This document shows, one piece after another, positions 51,564 to 61,088 of a stretch of DNA of 64,000 bases; the first letter of the stretch is position 1, and each line of letters opens with the position of its first letter. Location: NCBI GenBank assembly GCA_965263075.1, contig CBDHGI010000006.1, positions 2,900,435 through 2,964,434 on the forward strand. The letters are read 5' to 3'. This stretch comes from Chloroflexota bacterium. Its GTDB lineage: Bacteria > Chloroflexota > UBA11872. The notes beneath the pieces were generated by a model. That model saw only the letters and a program-made list of their open reading frames with translations, searched no databases and was not told the DNA's origin. The translations under genes were made by a program, and so were the position numbers.

Positions 51564-52784
51564 CTACCAGCTCGCGATGAAATCGACCACGCTGAAGCCG
51601 CTGCGCATACGCTCCAGGTTGTAGGGGATCGGACCCGATTGATAGCCGGGCACGTAGTCCTCGCCGTCGGGAGCGCGGAGCTGATCGTCAAGTGCGCCGA
51701 ACGCTTGCCAGATCCTGGCGGCCTCCGACGTGGTAAAGCGCTTGGCGAACGTCGGCCCCCAGTTGAGTGAGATTGAGTGGCTGGCTTCGGCGCGGCTGCG
51801 GACCTCGAGCGGCAGGCTTGCGAAGTCCGGCCGGCTGAGGTTATGGATGTGCATGGCGGCCTTGCAGAGCCAGATCGAGACTTGCAGCTTGGTGGCTGGT
51901 CCCGCGCCGGGCCGCAGCGCCTCTAGCGCCTCCAGGTAAGTCTGGCGGTCGCGGTCCAGCACCGCGCGCAGCGCGCGCTCGGTGTGGTCCTGCAGCGCCG
52001 CTGCGCGCGCCGCCCAGAGCTCGAACCAATCGCGCGCCTCGACTGAGAGGTGCTGCGTGAAGTCCAGGTCCACCCAGCGCGGATAGATGGTGTGTCCGCC
52101 GTGCAGGGTGCGGCGCTTGGGCTCGCGCGTGTAGCGGCTGCCCCAGTGCATCAGGTAATTCACGTAGACCAGCACGTCGCCCGCGCGCAGCTCGACCTGC
52201 CTGCCGCCGGGAATCGGCGCTCGGCTATCGCGCTCCAGGCTGCGGTTTTCGGCCGCGCTGTTGATCCGCGTGTGGCTGCCCGGCACGACCCAGAACACGC
52301 TGTCGTCGTACAGCGGTATGTTCCACTGCACGTAGCTTGGCCCGTCTTCCACCAGGCTGTCCTGCATCTGCTGCATGGGTCCCATGTCGATGGGGTGGAT
52401 GTCGCGGTGCCACGACGCGGGTCCGAAGTCGTAGGTGGGATTGCACATCATCTGCATCGCCGACACCCCGGTGTGCTCGTCTCGGAGCAGCTCGGCGGCG
52501 AGACCGCGGATCGGCTCCGACACCCAGAACTCCACTGCCGAGGCGGTCTCGGCGTCGATGAAGATCTCGGTGTTGCTCAGGCGCGGTTGCGGTGAGTTGT
52601 CCCAGGGACCGCCCGGCGGATCGTCGGGACCCCGCTCAAGCCGCCACACGGCTTTCTGCCGCTCAAGCAGCGTCTCGAAGGTCTCCCGCATCGACGCCAG
52701 GTCGTCCGGCGGGATCACGTCGCGTTTGACCAGGTATCCATCGCGCATCAGCAGCGCGCGATTGCTGGACGACATGTGCATCAC
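51564..52784 (-). CDS. PhyH-family dioxygenase with C-terminal extension
   Basis: DGYLV, WHRD, WVVPGSH, LMHWGS. Confidence 0.85.
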   Translation of the reverse strand: MMHMSSSNRALLMRDGYLVKRDVIPPDDLASMRETFETLLERQKAVWRLERGPDDPPGGPWDNSPQPRLSNTEIFIDAETASAVEFWVSEPIRGLAAELLRDEHTGVSAMQMMCNPTYDFGPASWHRDIHPIDMGPMQQMQDSLVEDGPSYVQWNIPLYDDSVFWVVPGSHTRINSAAENRSLERDSRAPIPGGRQVELRAGDVLVYVNYLMHWGSRYTREPKRRTLHGGHTIYPRWVDLDFTQHLSVEARDWFELWAARAAALQDHTERALRAVLDRDRQTYLEALEALRPGAGPATKLQVSIWLCKAAMHIHNLSRPDFASLPLEVRSRAEASHSISLNWGPTFAKRFTTSEAARIWQAFGALDDQLRAPDGEDYVPGYQSGPIPYNLERMRSGFSVVDFIASW

Positions 52785-52962
52785 TCCCCAGCGGCGCCAG
52801 GAACGGGCTCATGCTGGCACCCGAGCGAGCTCCCGGCCAGCGTCACAACCTCGGCCCGCCGCTCGCTCGCTCGCTCAACGGCCTATCCCGGTCCTCCGCC
52901 TCACGCCTGGATGTGTCCACCATGTCTCCGAACCGGTGTCCATGATGTCCCCTGGTTGGACA
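52785..52962 (-). mobile_element. Degenerate IS481-family left end with decayed transposase N-terminus
   Basis: 5'-TGT terminus, two G(G/A)GACAT..TGGACAC subterminal repeats 23 bp apart, GGAGG, then a decayed MPW...ERRAEVVTLA...GASMS...RRWGV. Confidence 0.6.
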
Positions 52963-53394
52963 GTTCCGAGGGTGAGGGCTGCTGCCACGCCCCCGCAACC
53001 AAGCCCTGGCTCAGCCGACCACCACCAACTCCCGTTTGACGGCAAAGTAGGCAAGCGCGTTCAAGGCATCACCGTTCCAGCCCCCGCTCCGCCGGCGAGT
53101 GATCGCCGGTCGCCGACGTGGACGGTGGTTGCCGATTGTGCTCGGATAGTGTACACTAGGCCCAATGACTTCGCAACCCTCGGTCTCGATACCCAGCGCC
53201 CCTGCCGCCACCCGCCGCGCCATCCTCGCGTTCCCGCGGCCCTGGCGTCCGCTCGCGCTGAGTCTGCTCGCGCTCGTACTTCGCCAGTTTCTGCTCCAAG
53301 CGCGCCTGGTTCCGGCTGCAGTGCGCCTGTTGCTACTCGCCGCGCGCCGAAGGCTTGTCGATTTTCGACCGGTCTCGGTCAGGGCGCGCTCCTT

Positions 53395-53422
53395 CCCGTT
53401 CGTGGTGAGCTTGTCGAACCAC
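53395..53422. repeat. REP-like element half (GTTCGTGGTGAGCTTGTCGAACC type)
   Basis: CCCGTTCGTGGTGAGCTTGTCGAACCAC. Confidence 0.55.
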
Positions 53423-53776
53423 AAACCGCCGGCCCGCCGCCCGAACACCGCCCCGCGACCGAGGAATTTCTTAGAAGAAACTCCTGTTTGCGCAAACGTG
53501 TCGCCGTCGCTAACTCCGTCGGATCCTGGGGTGGCGCTGGCTCCCTCGCCATGCCAGTGTCGCGGCCGCTTGGCTGATTGCTCCCGACGCCAGACGGGCC
53601 CGGGACTCGACCACGCCGCCACCGCCCTGGCCCAGCGGCGCTGGCCCGAGCTCCGTTCGGTAGCCCGCTGGACCGGGAAAATGGGACGCCGCGCGCCTCA
53701 AGAGTTTTTTGGAAAAAACTCTTACGCGCGCAAGGGCCCCGTTTCAGCCGGGGTTCGACGCTGGCTCAGCGGCCCC

Positions 53777-55132
53777 TCAGACCATGGCCTGGTCGGCCAG
53801 CTCCAGTGCCTCATCCACCACGGCCAGGCCCTCGCGCAGCTCGTCCAGCGTGATGGTCAGCGGTGGGTTCACGAAGAGCCAGTTCCAGCGCGTCATTGTG
53901 ATCACGTCCCGTTGCAGCATGAACGCGCCGATGTCGCGCATCACGCCGTACGACTCGAACGCCGGGTCGATCTGCGGGACCAGCGGTTCGCGGGTTTCGC
54001 GGTTGCGCACCAGTTCCAGCACCGAGAACAGACCCAGGCTGCGTGCCTCGCCGATGCTGGGGTGACGCTCCGCCATGGCCGCGTATTCGGCCTTCAGCGT
54101 CTCGCCCATCACGGCCACGCGCTCCGGAATGCCCTCGTCGCGGTAAGCCTGAATCGTGGCCAGCGCCGCCGCGCAGCCCAGCGTGTGTGCGCCGTAGGTC
54201 AGGCCGGCCCACAGCGGGTTGTCCTCGAAGTGGTGCGCGACCTCATCCGAGACCACTACCGCGCCCAGCGGGACCGTCCCCGAGGTCAGCCCCTTCGAGA
54301 TGGTCATGATGTCCGGCTCAACGTCCCAGTGCTCCACGGCGAACCATTTGCCGGTGCGGCCGAAGCCGGTCATCACCTCGTCGGCAATCAGCAGCACGCC
54401 GTACTCGTCGCAGATCTCGCGGACCCGCGGCAGGTAGCCGTCCGGCGGCACCACCACGCCGTTGGCCCCGGCAATCGGTTCCACAATTACCGCCGCCACG
54501 TTGTCCGGGCCTTCGACCCGAATCACCTCGTCGATGTCGTCGGCGCAACGCAGGTCGCACTGCGGTTGCCCCGAACAGAACCGGCAGCGGTACTGGTACG
54601 GATCGGCGGCGCGCACTACGCCCGAAATGCCCGGCTCGGTGGCCCAGCGCCGCGCCTCGCCGGTGAGGGTGATCGCGCCGTAGGTGGACCCGTGGTAGGA
54701 GCGTCGCCGCGCCACGATCTTCTGCCGCCCCGTCGCCAGCCGCGCGATCTTGACCGCGTGGTCGGTCGCCTCGGCGCCGCCCAACGTGAAGAAGCTCTTG
54801 CACAGCGATCCAGGCGTGATTTCCGCCAGCTCGCGCCCCAACTCGCCGCGCGGCTGGGTAGCGAAGCGTGGATTGACATAACACAGCTTGTCGGCCTGCG
54901 CCTTGATTGCCGCCACCACCGTCGGATGCTGATGTCCCAGGTTCACGTTCATCAGCTGGGCGTTGAGATCGAGGATCCGCCGCCCGTCGTGGTCGATCAG
55001 GTACGACCCCTCGGCGCGCTCCACCGCCACCGGACGCACCGCGCCCTGCGCCGCCCAGTCGAAGAACGTGTATTCCCGGTTCAGCTCAGCGATCTCAGCA
55101 GCCGTCGGTCGGGCGCTCGTCGTCGTGGTCAT
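53777..55132 (-). CDS. Class III PLP aminotransferase
   Basis: GGAEA, SYHGST, LIADEVMTGFGRTG, ISKGLTSG. Confidence 0.93.
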   Translation of the reverse strand: MTTTTSARPTAAEIAELNREYTFFDWAAQGAVRPVAVERAEGSYLIDHDGRRILDLNAQLMNVNLGHQHPTVVAAIKAQADKLCYVNPRFATQPRGELGRELAEITPGSLCKSFFTLGGAEATDHAVKIARLATGRQKIVARRRSYHGSTYGAITLTGEARRWATEPGISGVVRAADPYQYRCRFCSGQPQCDLRCADDIDEVIRVEGPDNVAAVIVEPIAGANGVVVPPDGYLPRVREICDEYGVLLIADEVMTGFGRTGKWFAVEHWDVEPDIMTISKGLTSGTVPLGAVVVSDEVAHHFEDNPLWAGLTYGAHTLGCAAALATIQAYRDEGIPERVAVMGETLKAEYAAMAERHPSIGEARSLGLFSVLELVRNRETREPLVPQIDPAFESYGVMRDIGAFMLQRDVITMTRWNWLFVNPPLTITLDELREGLAVVDEALELADQAMV

Positions 55133-55324
55133 GGCGTCGGCTCCAGGAACAGGTCGGGCGTTACACCTTGTCAGTCGCTCAGCCTACTGGATACCGCTAT
55201 CCGGATTCCTTCGGGCGGCGTTGATCACTGCTCGGAGCGCCTAACGGCGAGGCGCGCAGACCGGCGCAACGTCGATCTGCCGCGGCCTAATCTGGCTGCG
55301 CCATTGACAGCGAGGTTGAAATAG

Positions 55325-56242
55325 ATGACGTCTGATCACGATGCCGCCGGCGCCTCGGGCGCCCGCGCTTCCCGGCCGCAAATCGGCCGCTTCACCGCCG
55401 AGGTCGAAGTCGATTCTGCCGTTCAGCGCCTTGTAGTCGTCAGCGACCTGCACGCTTACAGGGAACCATTGGAAGCTCTCGACCAACGACTGGCCCAGTT
55501 CACCGAACCGTATGTGGTCTTCGTCAACGGCGATGTCTTCGAAGGCGGCATCGACGGCCGCTTCGCGCTCGAATGGGCGATGCGCCACGCCGCAGGCCGC
55601 ACGACCCGGGGCAACCATGACAGCGCGATTCTCGAATACCTCGACGCCGATCCGTCGCAGACCGACAGCGCCGCCGCCGACACGGAGCTAGGGGCCTTCC
55701 GCGAGCTGACTCCCGACCAGCTCGAGTTCGTGAGGTCGCTGCCGGACGTCCTAGAGGTCCGCTGGCGCGGACGCACCCTGCGTCTCATGCACGGTCACTT
55801 CAACCTGCGCACACCCGGTGGCACCAACTGGTGGCTCACACCTTCCGAGCTGTCAGAGCGGTTCGGCGACCCCGCTGTCGACCTGACGGTTATCGGGCAC
55901 ACCCACTACCCATTCGTCAGCCGCAGCGCAGAAGGCGCGGTTGCCAACCCCGGCTCCGTGGCCGCGCCGCTGTTCCGCTACCTCGACGCCGCGGGGCAGG
56001 CGATCGACCGGCGCGCCGACGATCCGAACCTCTCAGTCGATGACTCGCGACCGTCGTTTCTCACGATCACCGAGTCCCGCGGCCAACTCCAACCCACGAT
56101 TGAACGATTTGACTACGACCGCACAGAGCTCCTCAAGCGCCATGCCGCCGAAGACAACCTACACATGCCGCTCGAAACCCGCCGCGCCTGGATCATGGAC
56201 GCCCATGCGCCTGCGCCGCGGAGCCGCCGATATGAGCGCTAG
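55325..56242 (+). CDS. Calcineurin-like metallophosphoesterase
   Basis: SDLH, NGD, RGNHD, GHTH, NPGSV. Confidence 0.88.
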   Translation: MTSDHDAAGASGARASRPQIGRFTAEVEVDSAVQRLVVVSDLHAYREPLEALDQRLAQFTEPYVVFVNGDVFEGGIDGRFALEWAMRHAAGRTTRGNHDSAILEYLDADPSQTDSAAADTELGAFRELTPDQLEFVRSLPDVLEVRWRGRTLRLMHGHFNLRTPGGTNWWLTPSELSERFGDPAVDLTVIGHTHYPFVSRSAEGAVANPGSVAAPLFRYLDAAGQAIDRRADDPNLSVDDSRPSFLTITESRGQLQPTIERFDYDRTELLKRHAAEDNLHMPLETRRAWIMDAHAPAPRSRRYER

Positions 56243-57639
56243 TTTCGGAACGCCGGCTTATCGGCCTGGCCGGGTCGCAGGTACCCCCAGCGGCGCAGCT
56301 TCTCCCAGCTCTCCTTCGGGGTGCCCTTCATGTACTCGGTCACCATCCAGTCGCCGTAGTCGTTCACCGGGATGCGCCCCAGTACCCCTTCCAACTCCAG
56401 GTAGAACTGCTGGGCACGGTCACGTTCGCTTTCGATCAGGTTCACCTGTTCGGTCGGGTCGTCCGCCAGGTTGTACAGCATGTCCCGGCCGTCGCTGGTC
56501 CAGATGTACTTCCAGTCGTCGCGGTAATAGGCCCGCTGCGCCCGGAAAAAGCGACGTAACTCAAAGGCCCGGCCTTGGCGTGTCACGCGCTCCAGCATGT
56601 TTACCGGAAACGCGAACTCGCAGAGCGCATAGCTTCTGGCGTCGCCGTCGCGGGCGCGCAACAAGCTGTGACTGCTCTCACCCAACCACTCGATCTGGCG
56701 CTCGGCCCCGATCAGGTCGTAGATGGTCGCCACCACGTCGTGGGTCTGAGTCAGCTCCCCAACCCGCGTCCCCGCCTCGAACGCCGACGGGTAACGCACG
56801 ATCAGCGGCACGTGCGCCACGGCTTCGAACACCGTCAGTTGGTGGTTCCAGTACGGCGGATGTTCCTCGATCACGTCGCCGTGGTCCGAGGTCACCACCA
56901 CCATCGTGTCGTCCAGCGTGCCGGCATCCCGCAGGTAGCTGACGACCCGCCCAATCAAGTCGTCCATATAGGCTGCTTGGCCGTCCATCAGCGCGTACAG
57001 CTTGTCGCGCACGTCGGCCGGCATGCCGCCCATCCGTGCGGGATCGGCAAAGAAGCCTTGATCACGATTGAGTTCCAGCGCCTCTTCGCGGCTGACACCC
57101 GGCGCCCAACGCGAATGAAACGGCTCGGGCGCGATGTACGGCGAATGGGTGTCATTGATGTTCACGAACATGAAGAACGGACGCTCGTCCTCCTCGTGCC
57201 CGCGCAACCAGGCCAGCATCTGCCGTACGACCTGCGCGCCCCCATCGTCCTGGTCGGGCGCGCCAAGCGGCGGGTGTACGTAGCTCCAGTCCATGAAGCC
57301 GCGGTGCAGCGCCGACGAGGCGCTCATGTAGGCATTGTTCGAGATGCCCGCGGTCGCGTACCCCAGTTCGGTCAACTCCTCGCCGATCGTTGGGTACTCC
57401 TCGCTCAGGCGTTCATGTCGGCCGTCGGCGCCGTGGGTGCTGGCGTAGTGGCCGGTCATCATCGAAGCGTGCGACGGCAGGCACCACGGCGCGGACGTAA
57501 TGTTGCGTTCGAAGACCGCGCCCTCGGCCGCCAGCCGATCCATGATGGGGGTTACCCCGCGCGGGTCGCCGTAGGCTCCCAGATTGTGGGGGCGCTGAGA
57601 GTCCATCACGATCCAAAGGACGTTCGGGCGTCTGGCCAT
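56239..57639 (-). CDS. Sulfatase family protein
   Basis: RPNVLWIVMDS, CLPSHASMMTG, DTHSPY, TSDHG. Confidence 0.9.
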   Translation of the reverse strand: MARRPNVLWIVMDSQRPHNLGAYGDPRGVTPIMDRLAAEGAVFERNITSAPWCLPSHASMMTGHYASTHGADGRHERLSEEYPTIGEELTELGYATAGISNNAYMSASSALHRGFMDWSYVHPPLGAPDQDDGGAQVVRQMLAWLRGHEEDERPFFMFVNINDTHSPYIAPEPFHSRWAPGVSREEALELNRDQGFFADPARMGGMPADVRDKLYALMDGQAAYMDDLIGRVVSYLRDAGTLDDTMVVVTSDHGDVIEEHPPYWNHQLTVFEAVAHVPLIVRYPSAFEAGTRVGELTQTHDVVATIYDLIGAERQIEWLGESSHSLLRARDGDARSYALCEFAFPVNMLERVTRQGRAFELRRFFRAQRAYYRDDWKYIWTSDGRDMLYNLADDPTEQVNLIESERDRAQQFYLELEGVLGRIPVNDYGDWMVTEYMKGTPKESWEKLRRWGYLRPGQADKPAFRN

Positions 57640-57831
57640 AGGTGCGCCCTCCAACTGGGCGTAACGGGCGGGAGTGTAGCGAAACGCGGGTTGGCATCAT
57701 GCTTCCGGCAACTCGGGCGACCTCGGGCAGTTGGGCGGAAGACAGGATTGACTCGAGCGCGCCCCGATCGCTGCTGAATTACGCTGCGTCCGCAGATTCG
57801 GCGGCGCTCGTTCTGGAACGGAGGCATCCCA

Positions 57832-59034
57832 ATCCGAATCACCAACATCCGCCTTACGGAACTGCACGGTCAGTTCGAGTCCGAAGGTGACTTCTGGGAA
57901 GAGCGCCTGGTTCGTCCGTTGGACGTGTATCCCGAACACAAGCGGGACCCGGCTCAGCACATCCCCAAAGCGCGCAACGCCGAGGGTGCTCATGACCTGT
58001 CATGGGTGTTCGTAACCATCGAGACCGACGAAGGCGTCAGCGGCATGGCCGGCCCGATCGACGTGCCGGACGCTTTCACGATCGACACGCAGATCACGCC
58101 GTTCATCCTGGGCGCGGACCCGCTGGCCAGTGAGCGGATCTGGGACCAGCTGTATCGGTTCATGATTCATGGCCGAATGGGCTCGCCGATGTTCGCCATA
58201 AGCGCCATCGACACGGCGCTATGGGATCTGAAGGGCAGATGGCTCGGTCAGCCGCTTTACCGCCTGCTGGGCGGGCCGGTTCGACGCGAGATCCCGGCCT
58301 ATGCGAGCGCTCTGGGCTACTCAATTGAGCCCGACCGGGTGACTGAGCGCGCGCGGCAGTTCGTGTCCGAGGGCTATACCGCCACCAAATGGTTCGTGCG
58401 CTTCGCGCCGGACGATGGCGAAGTGGGCGCCCGGCGGAACGTGGATCTGATGCGCGTCCTGCGCGAAGCCGTGGGCGACGACGTGGACGTGATGCTGGAC
58501 GCCTGGAGCAGCTGGGACGTGCGTTACACGCTGGACATGGCGCGGCGCATGGCCGAATACCGCCCGCGCTGGATCGAAGAGCCGGTCAAGGCCGACGACA
58601 TTGCCAACTACGCCCGCATACGAGCGGCTTCGCCAGTTCCAATCTCCGGCGGTGAGCACGAATACACACGTTGGGGTGCACGCGACTACATGAATGCCGG
58701 CGCGGTGGACGTCTATCAGGCCGACACCATGTGGGCGGGCGGCGTCAGCGAGATGCTCAAGATCGCCACCATCTGCTCGGTCTACGACGTGCCCCTGATC
58801 CCGCACGGCGCGTCGGTTCCGGTCAACGCCCATCTCAGCGCGGCGCTGCCGCCTCCGCTCTGCCCTTACATCGAGTACCTGGTGAAGTGGAACGAGCTAC
58901 GCCAGTTCTTCTTCAAGGATCCGATCAAGCCGGTGAACGGCATGATCAGCCCGTCTGACGCACCGGGCGTCGGCTGGGAGATCGACGAGTCCAAGGTGAC
59001 CGCTGAGCGCGAACTGAACTGGCGCAACGCCTGA
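57832..59034 (+). CDS. Mandelate racemase/muconate lactonizing enzyme family (enolase superfamily); probable ATC start
   Basis: IDTALWDLKG, MLDA, WIEEP, GGEHEY, IPHG; GGAGG 7 nt before in-frame ATC. Confidence 0.88.
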   Translation: MRITNIRLTELHGQFESEGDFWEERLVRPLDVYPEHKRDPAQHIPKARNAEGAHDLSWVFVTIETDEGVSGMAGPIDVPDAFTIDTQITPFILGADPLASERIWDQLYRFMIHGRMGSPMFAISAIDTALWDLKGRWLGQPLYRLLGGPVRREIPAYASALGYSIEPDRVTERARQFVSEGYTATKWFVRFAPDDGEVGARRNVDLMRVLREAVGDDVDVMLDAWSSWDVRYTLDMARRMAEYRPRWIEEPVKADDIANYARIRAASPVPISGGEHEYTRWGARDYMNAGAVDVYQADTMWAGGVSEMLKIATICSVYDVPLIPHGASVPVNAHLSAALPPPLCPYIEYLVKWNELRQFFFKDPIKPVNGMISPSDAPGVGWEIDESKVTAERELNWRNA

Positions 59035-59073
59035 CTATCAGCGGTCTCGCGTGAGCGAACCGCTGCGTTCGAT

Positions 59074-60033
59074 TCAGTCGGACGGCTTGTCGCGGATGAC
59101 GGCGATTTCGTCAGCGTTCAGATAGGGCGGCTCGCCGGTCGGCACGTTGGCCGCGATGTCTCCGTCGTTGGACAAGCCGACGATGCAAGTCGAGGCGGCC
59201 TGGTGGCCCAGCACGAAGCGGATGGCCGTGGCGTGCGCCGGTTCGTCGCGAAGGTCGGCAATGTCCTGAATGCGTTCGCGCGGGCCGGCAGCGGTGGTCA
59301 TGCACTCGCGAAACATCTCGGACTGACGCCAGTCGCTGGCAGGCAGCGCGGCCAGCTCCTGCTCACTTAGAAGTATCAGCCCGTTGGCAAAGGGTGAGCG
59401 CGCGAATACGCCCGTACCACGTTCAGCGGCCAATGGCAGCAGCTCGTCGCCAGCTCCGTCGTCAACGGCGTTGTATGGCGTTTCGATTACTGGGGCGCCC
59501 CAGCGCCGGATGGCTTCCACGGCGGTCTCCGGCTGACCGGTTCTGGCGGATATCCCCCACCAGCGGATCTTGCCGGCCGCCTGCAGTTCCTGCAGCACGG
59601 CAAACGGCGCCTCGTGCTCGACGATGTGCAGCGGCGGGTCGTGCAGGAGATAGGCGTCGATGTACTCGGTACGCAGGCGGCGCAGCGCCAGGTCGCAGGC
59701 GTCGCGAATGCGCTTGGGCGAGTAGTCTCGCGGCTGCTTGGCGCCCTGAATCGACTGCGCGCCGTCAGTGCCGGGCAGGTAGCCGACCTTGCTGATGATG
59801 AAGGCGTCGTCGCGACGGCCGTAGAGCGCCTCGCCAATCAAGACCTCGCTGCGGCCGTTGCCATAAACCTCGGCCGTGTCGAACGTGGTGATGCCGGCGT
59901 CGAACGCCTGCTGCACCAGCCGGACTCCGTCCCAGGCGGGGAAGTCGCCCCAGGCCTGGCCGCCGATCTCCCAACAGCCCATGCACAGAGCGCTCACTCG
60001 CTCGCCCGTCGCGCCCAAGCTCCGCATCTCCAT
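59074..60033 (-). CDS. Aldo/keto reductase
   Basis: MGCWEIGG, FDTAEVYGNGRSE, YLLHDP, RSPFANG. Confidence 0.9.
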   Translation of the reverse strand: MEMRSLGATGERVSALCMGCWEIGGQAWGDFPAWDGVRLVQQAFDAGITTFDTAEVYGNGRSEVLIGEALYGRRDDAFIISKVGYLPGTDGAQSIQGAKQPRDYSPKRIRDACDLALRRLRTEYIDAYLLHDPPLHIVEHEAPFAVLQELQAAGKIRWWGISARTGQPETAVEAIRRWGAPVIETPYNAVDDGAGDELLPLAAERGTGVFARSPFANGLILLSEQELAALPASDWRQSEMFRECMTTAAGPRERIQDIADLRDEPAHATAIRFVLGHQAASTCIVGLSNDGDIAANVPTGEPPYLNADEIAVIRDKPSD

Positions 60034-60288
60034 ATCGGCTCTCCTCGGTGTTGCATCGGCCAATGACATGCCGTAGCCCGACCGGTTCCACACCCTGCGT
60101 TGCAGTCGCGAATTGCGCGTATCCCGCCGGGTCTGGCGCCGATGCTAGACCGCGAGAATAGACAACGCGGCGGTGCGGCGATACGCGGCGTAGTCCAACC
60201 GTGTTGGAGGGCATGCGCCGAGCTGCCCGGCCCGTGTGATCGACAATCAATTGCGTCGGCATTGCCGTGGTAGCGCAGGGAAGAGCAA

Positions 60289-60867
60289 ATGCAGGATCAG
60301 GGTCAGGTCGGCGGCTTGGCTACCAGCCGTCCGTATGTCACCTTGCTGCGCGGCATCAATGTCGGTGGCCGACACAAACTGCTCATGCGGGAGTTGGCCG
60401 CGATGTTTGTGGAGGCGGGGTGCGCCGACGTCCGCACGTACATCCAGAGCGGCAACGTCGTGTTCCGAGCGGACCCGTCGCTAGCAGACGGCCTTTCGGC
60501 ACGAATCACAACCGTGATCGCTGCGAGCCACGGCTATCAGATACCGGTGGTCATACGGACGGCGGCGGATCTCGCCAGAGTTGTCCGCGGCAACCCGTTT
60601 TTGGCCGACGGCGCGGACCCAACCAAGCTCTACGTTGGATTCCTGGCCGAGGCGCCCGACCCAGCGAAGGTTGCAAGACTCGATCCCGACCGCTCGCCGC
60701 CGGATGCCTTCGTGGTGCGAGGAGACGAGGTCTACCTGCACTTTCCCAACGGCGTCGCACGGTCGAAGCTCACGAACAACTACCTCGATCGCACGTTGGG
60801 GACGGTCAGCACCATCCGCAATTGGCGCACCGTGTGCAGATTGCACGAGATGGCAAGCGGAGCTTGA
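60289..60867 (+). CDS. DUF1697 family protein
   Basis: LLRGINVGG, TYIQSGNVVF, TIRNWRTV. Confidence 0.9.
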   Translation: MQDQGQVGGLATSRPYVTLLRGINVGGRHKLLMRELAAMFVEAGCADVRTYIQSGNVVFRADPSLADGLSARITTVIAASHGYQIPVVIRTAADLARVVRGNPFLADGADPTKLYVGFLAEAPDPAKVARLDPDRSPPDAFVVRGDEVYLHFPNGVARSKLTNNYLDRTLGTVSTIRNWRTVCRLHEMASGA

Positions 60868-61005
60868 GGATCGCGGTTCGAGTAGTGCCGCCCCACTACT
60901 CAGTCACCGGTGCCGATCCGAAAGACGAAGCAGAGATACAGCCCTCGGGCTTGTCTGACGTGCTGACTTGAGACGCAGCACTTGTCCGTGACGGAAGGAG
61001 TGCAA

Positions 61006-61044
61006 GCCACGGGGCCTGTGTCTGGTGGACACAGGCCCCGTGGC
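61006..61044. terminator. Hairpin between convergent genes (probable terminator)
   Basis: 17-bp perfect stem GCCACGGGGCCTGTGTC/GACACAGGCCCCGTGGC. Confidence 0.65.
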
Positions 61045-61088
61045 GGTTGCGGGTGGCGCAGCCTTGCGCGGGGGGAGGTTTCGCGCGG

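Noticed and set aside
52858-52876. (GCTC)n microsatellite as a phase-variation tract
   Set aside because: Only about four units and inside the decayed IS remnant; no evidence of function.
53165-55324. 719-aa plus-strand ORF, and similar long antisense ORFs (16608-18230, 42626-44005, 56575-57777)
   Set aside because: Shadow ORFs opposite clear genes in GC-rich DNA; no recognisable motifs.
57460-57490. Sulfatase CLPSH instead of CxPxR
   Set aside because: PSHAS variants are common in this sulfatase subgroup.
60880-61003. Small hairpins between DUF1697 and the terminator as a possible ribozyme or riboswitch
   Set aside because: No conserved core such as the hammerhead CTGANGA...GAAA recognised.
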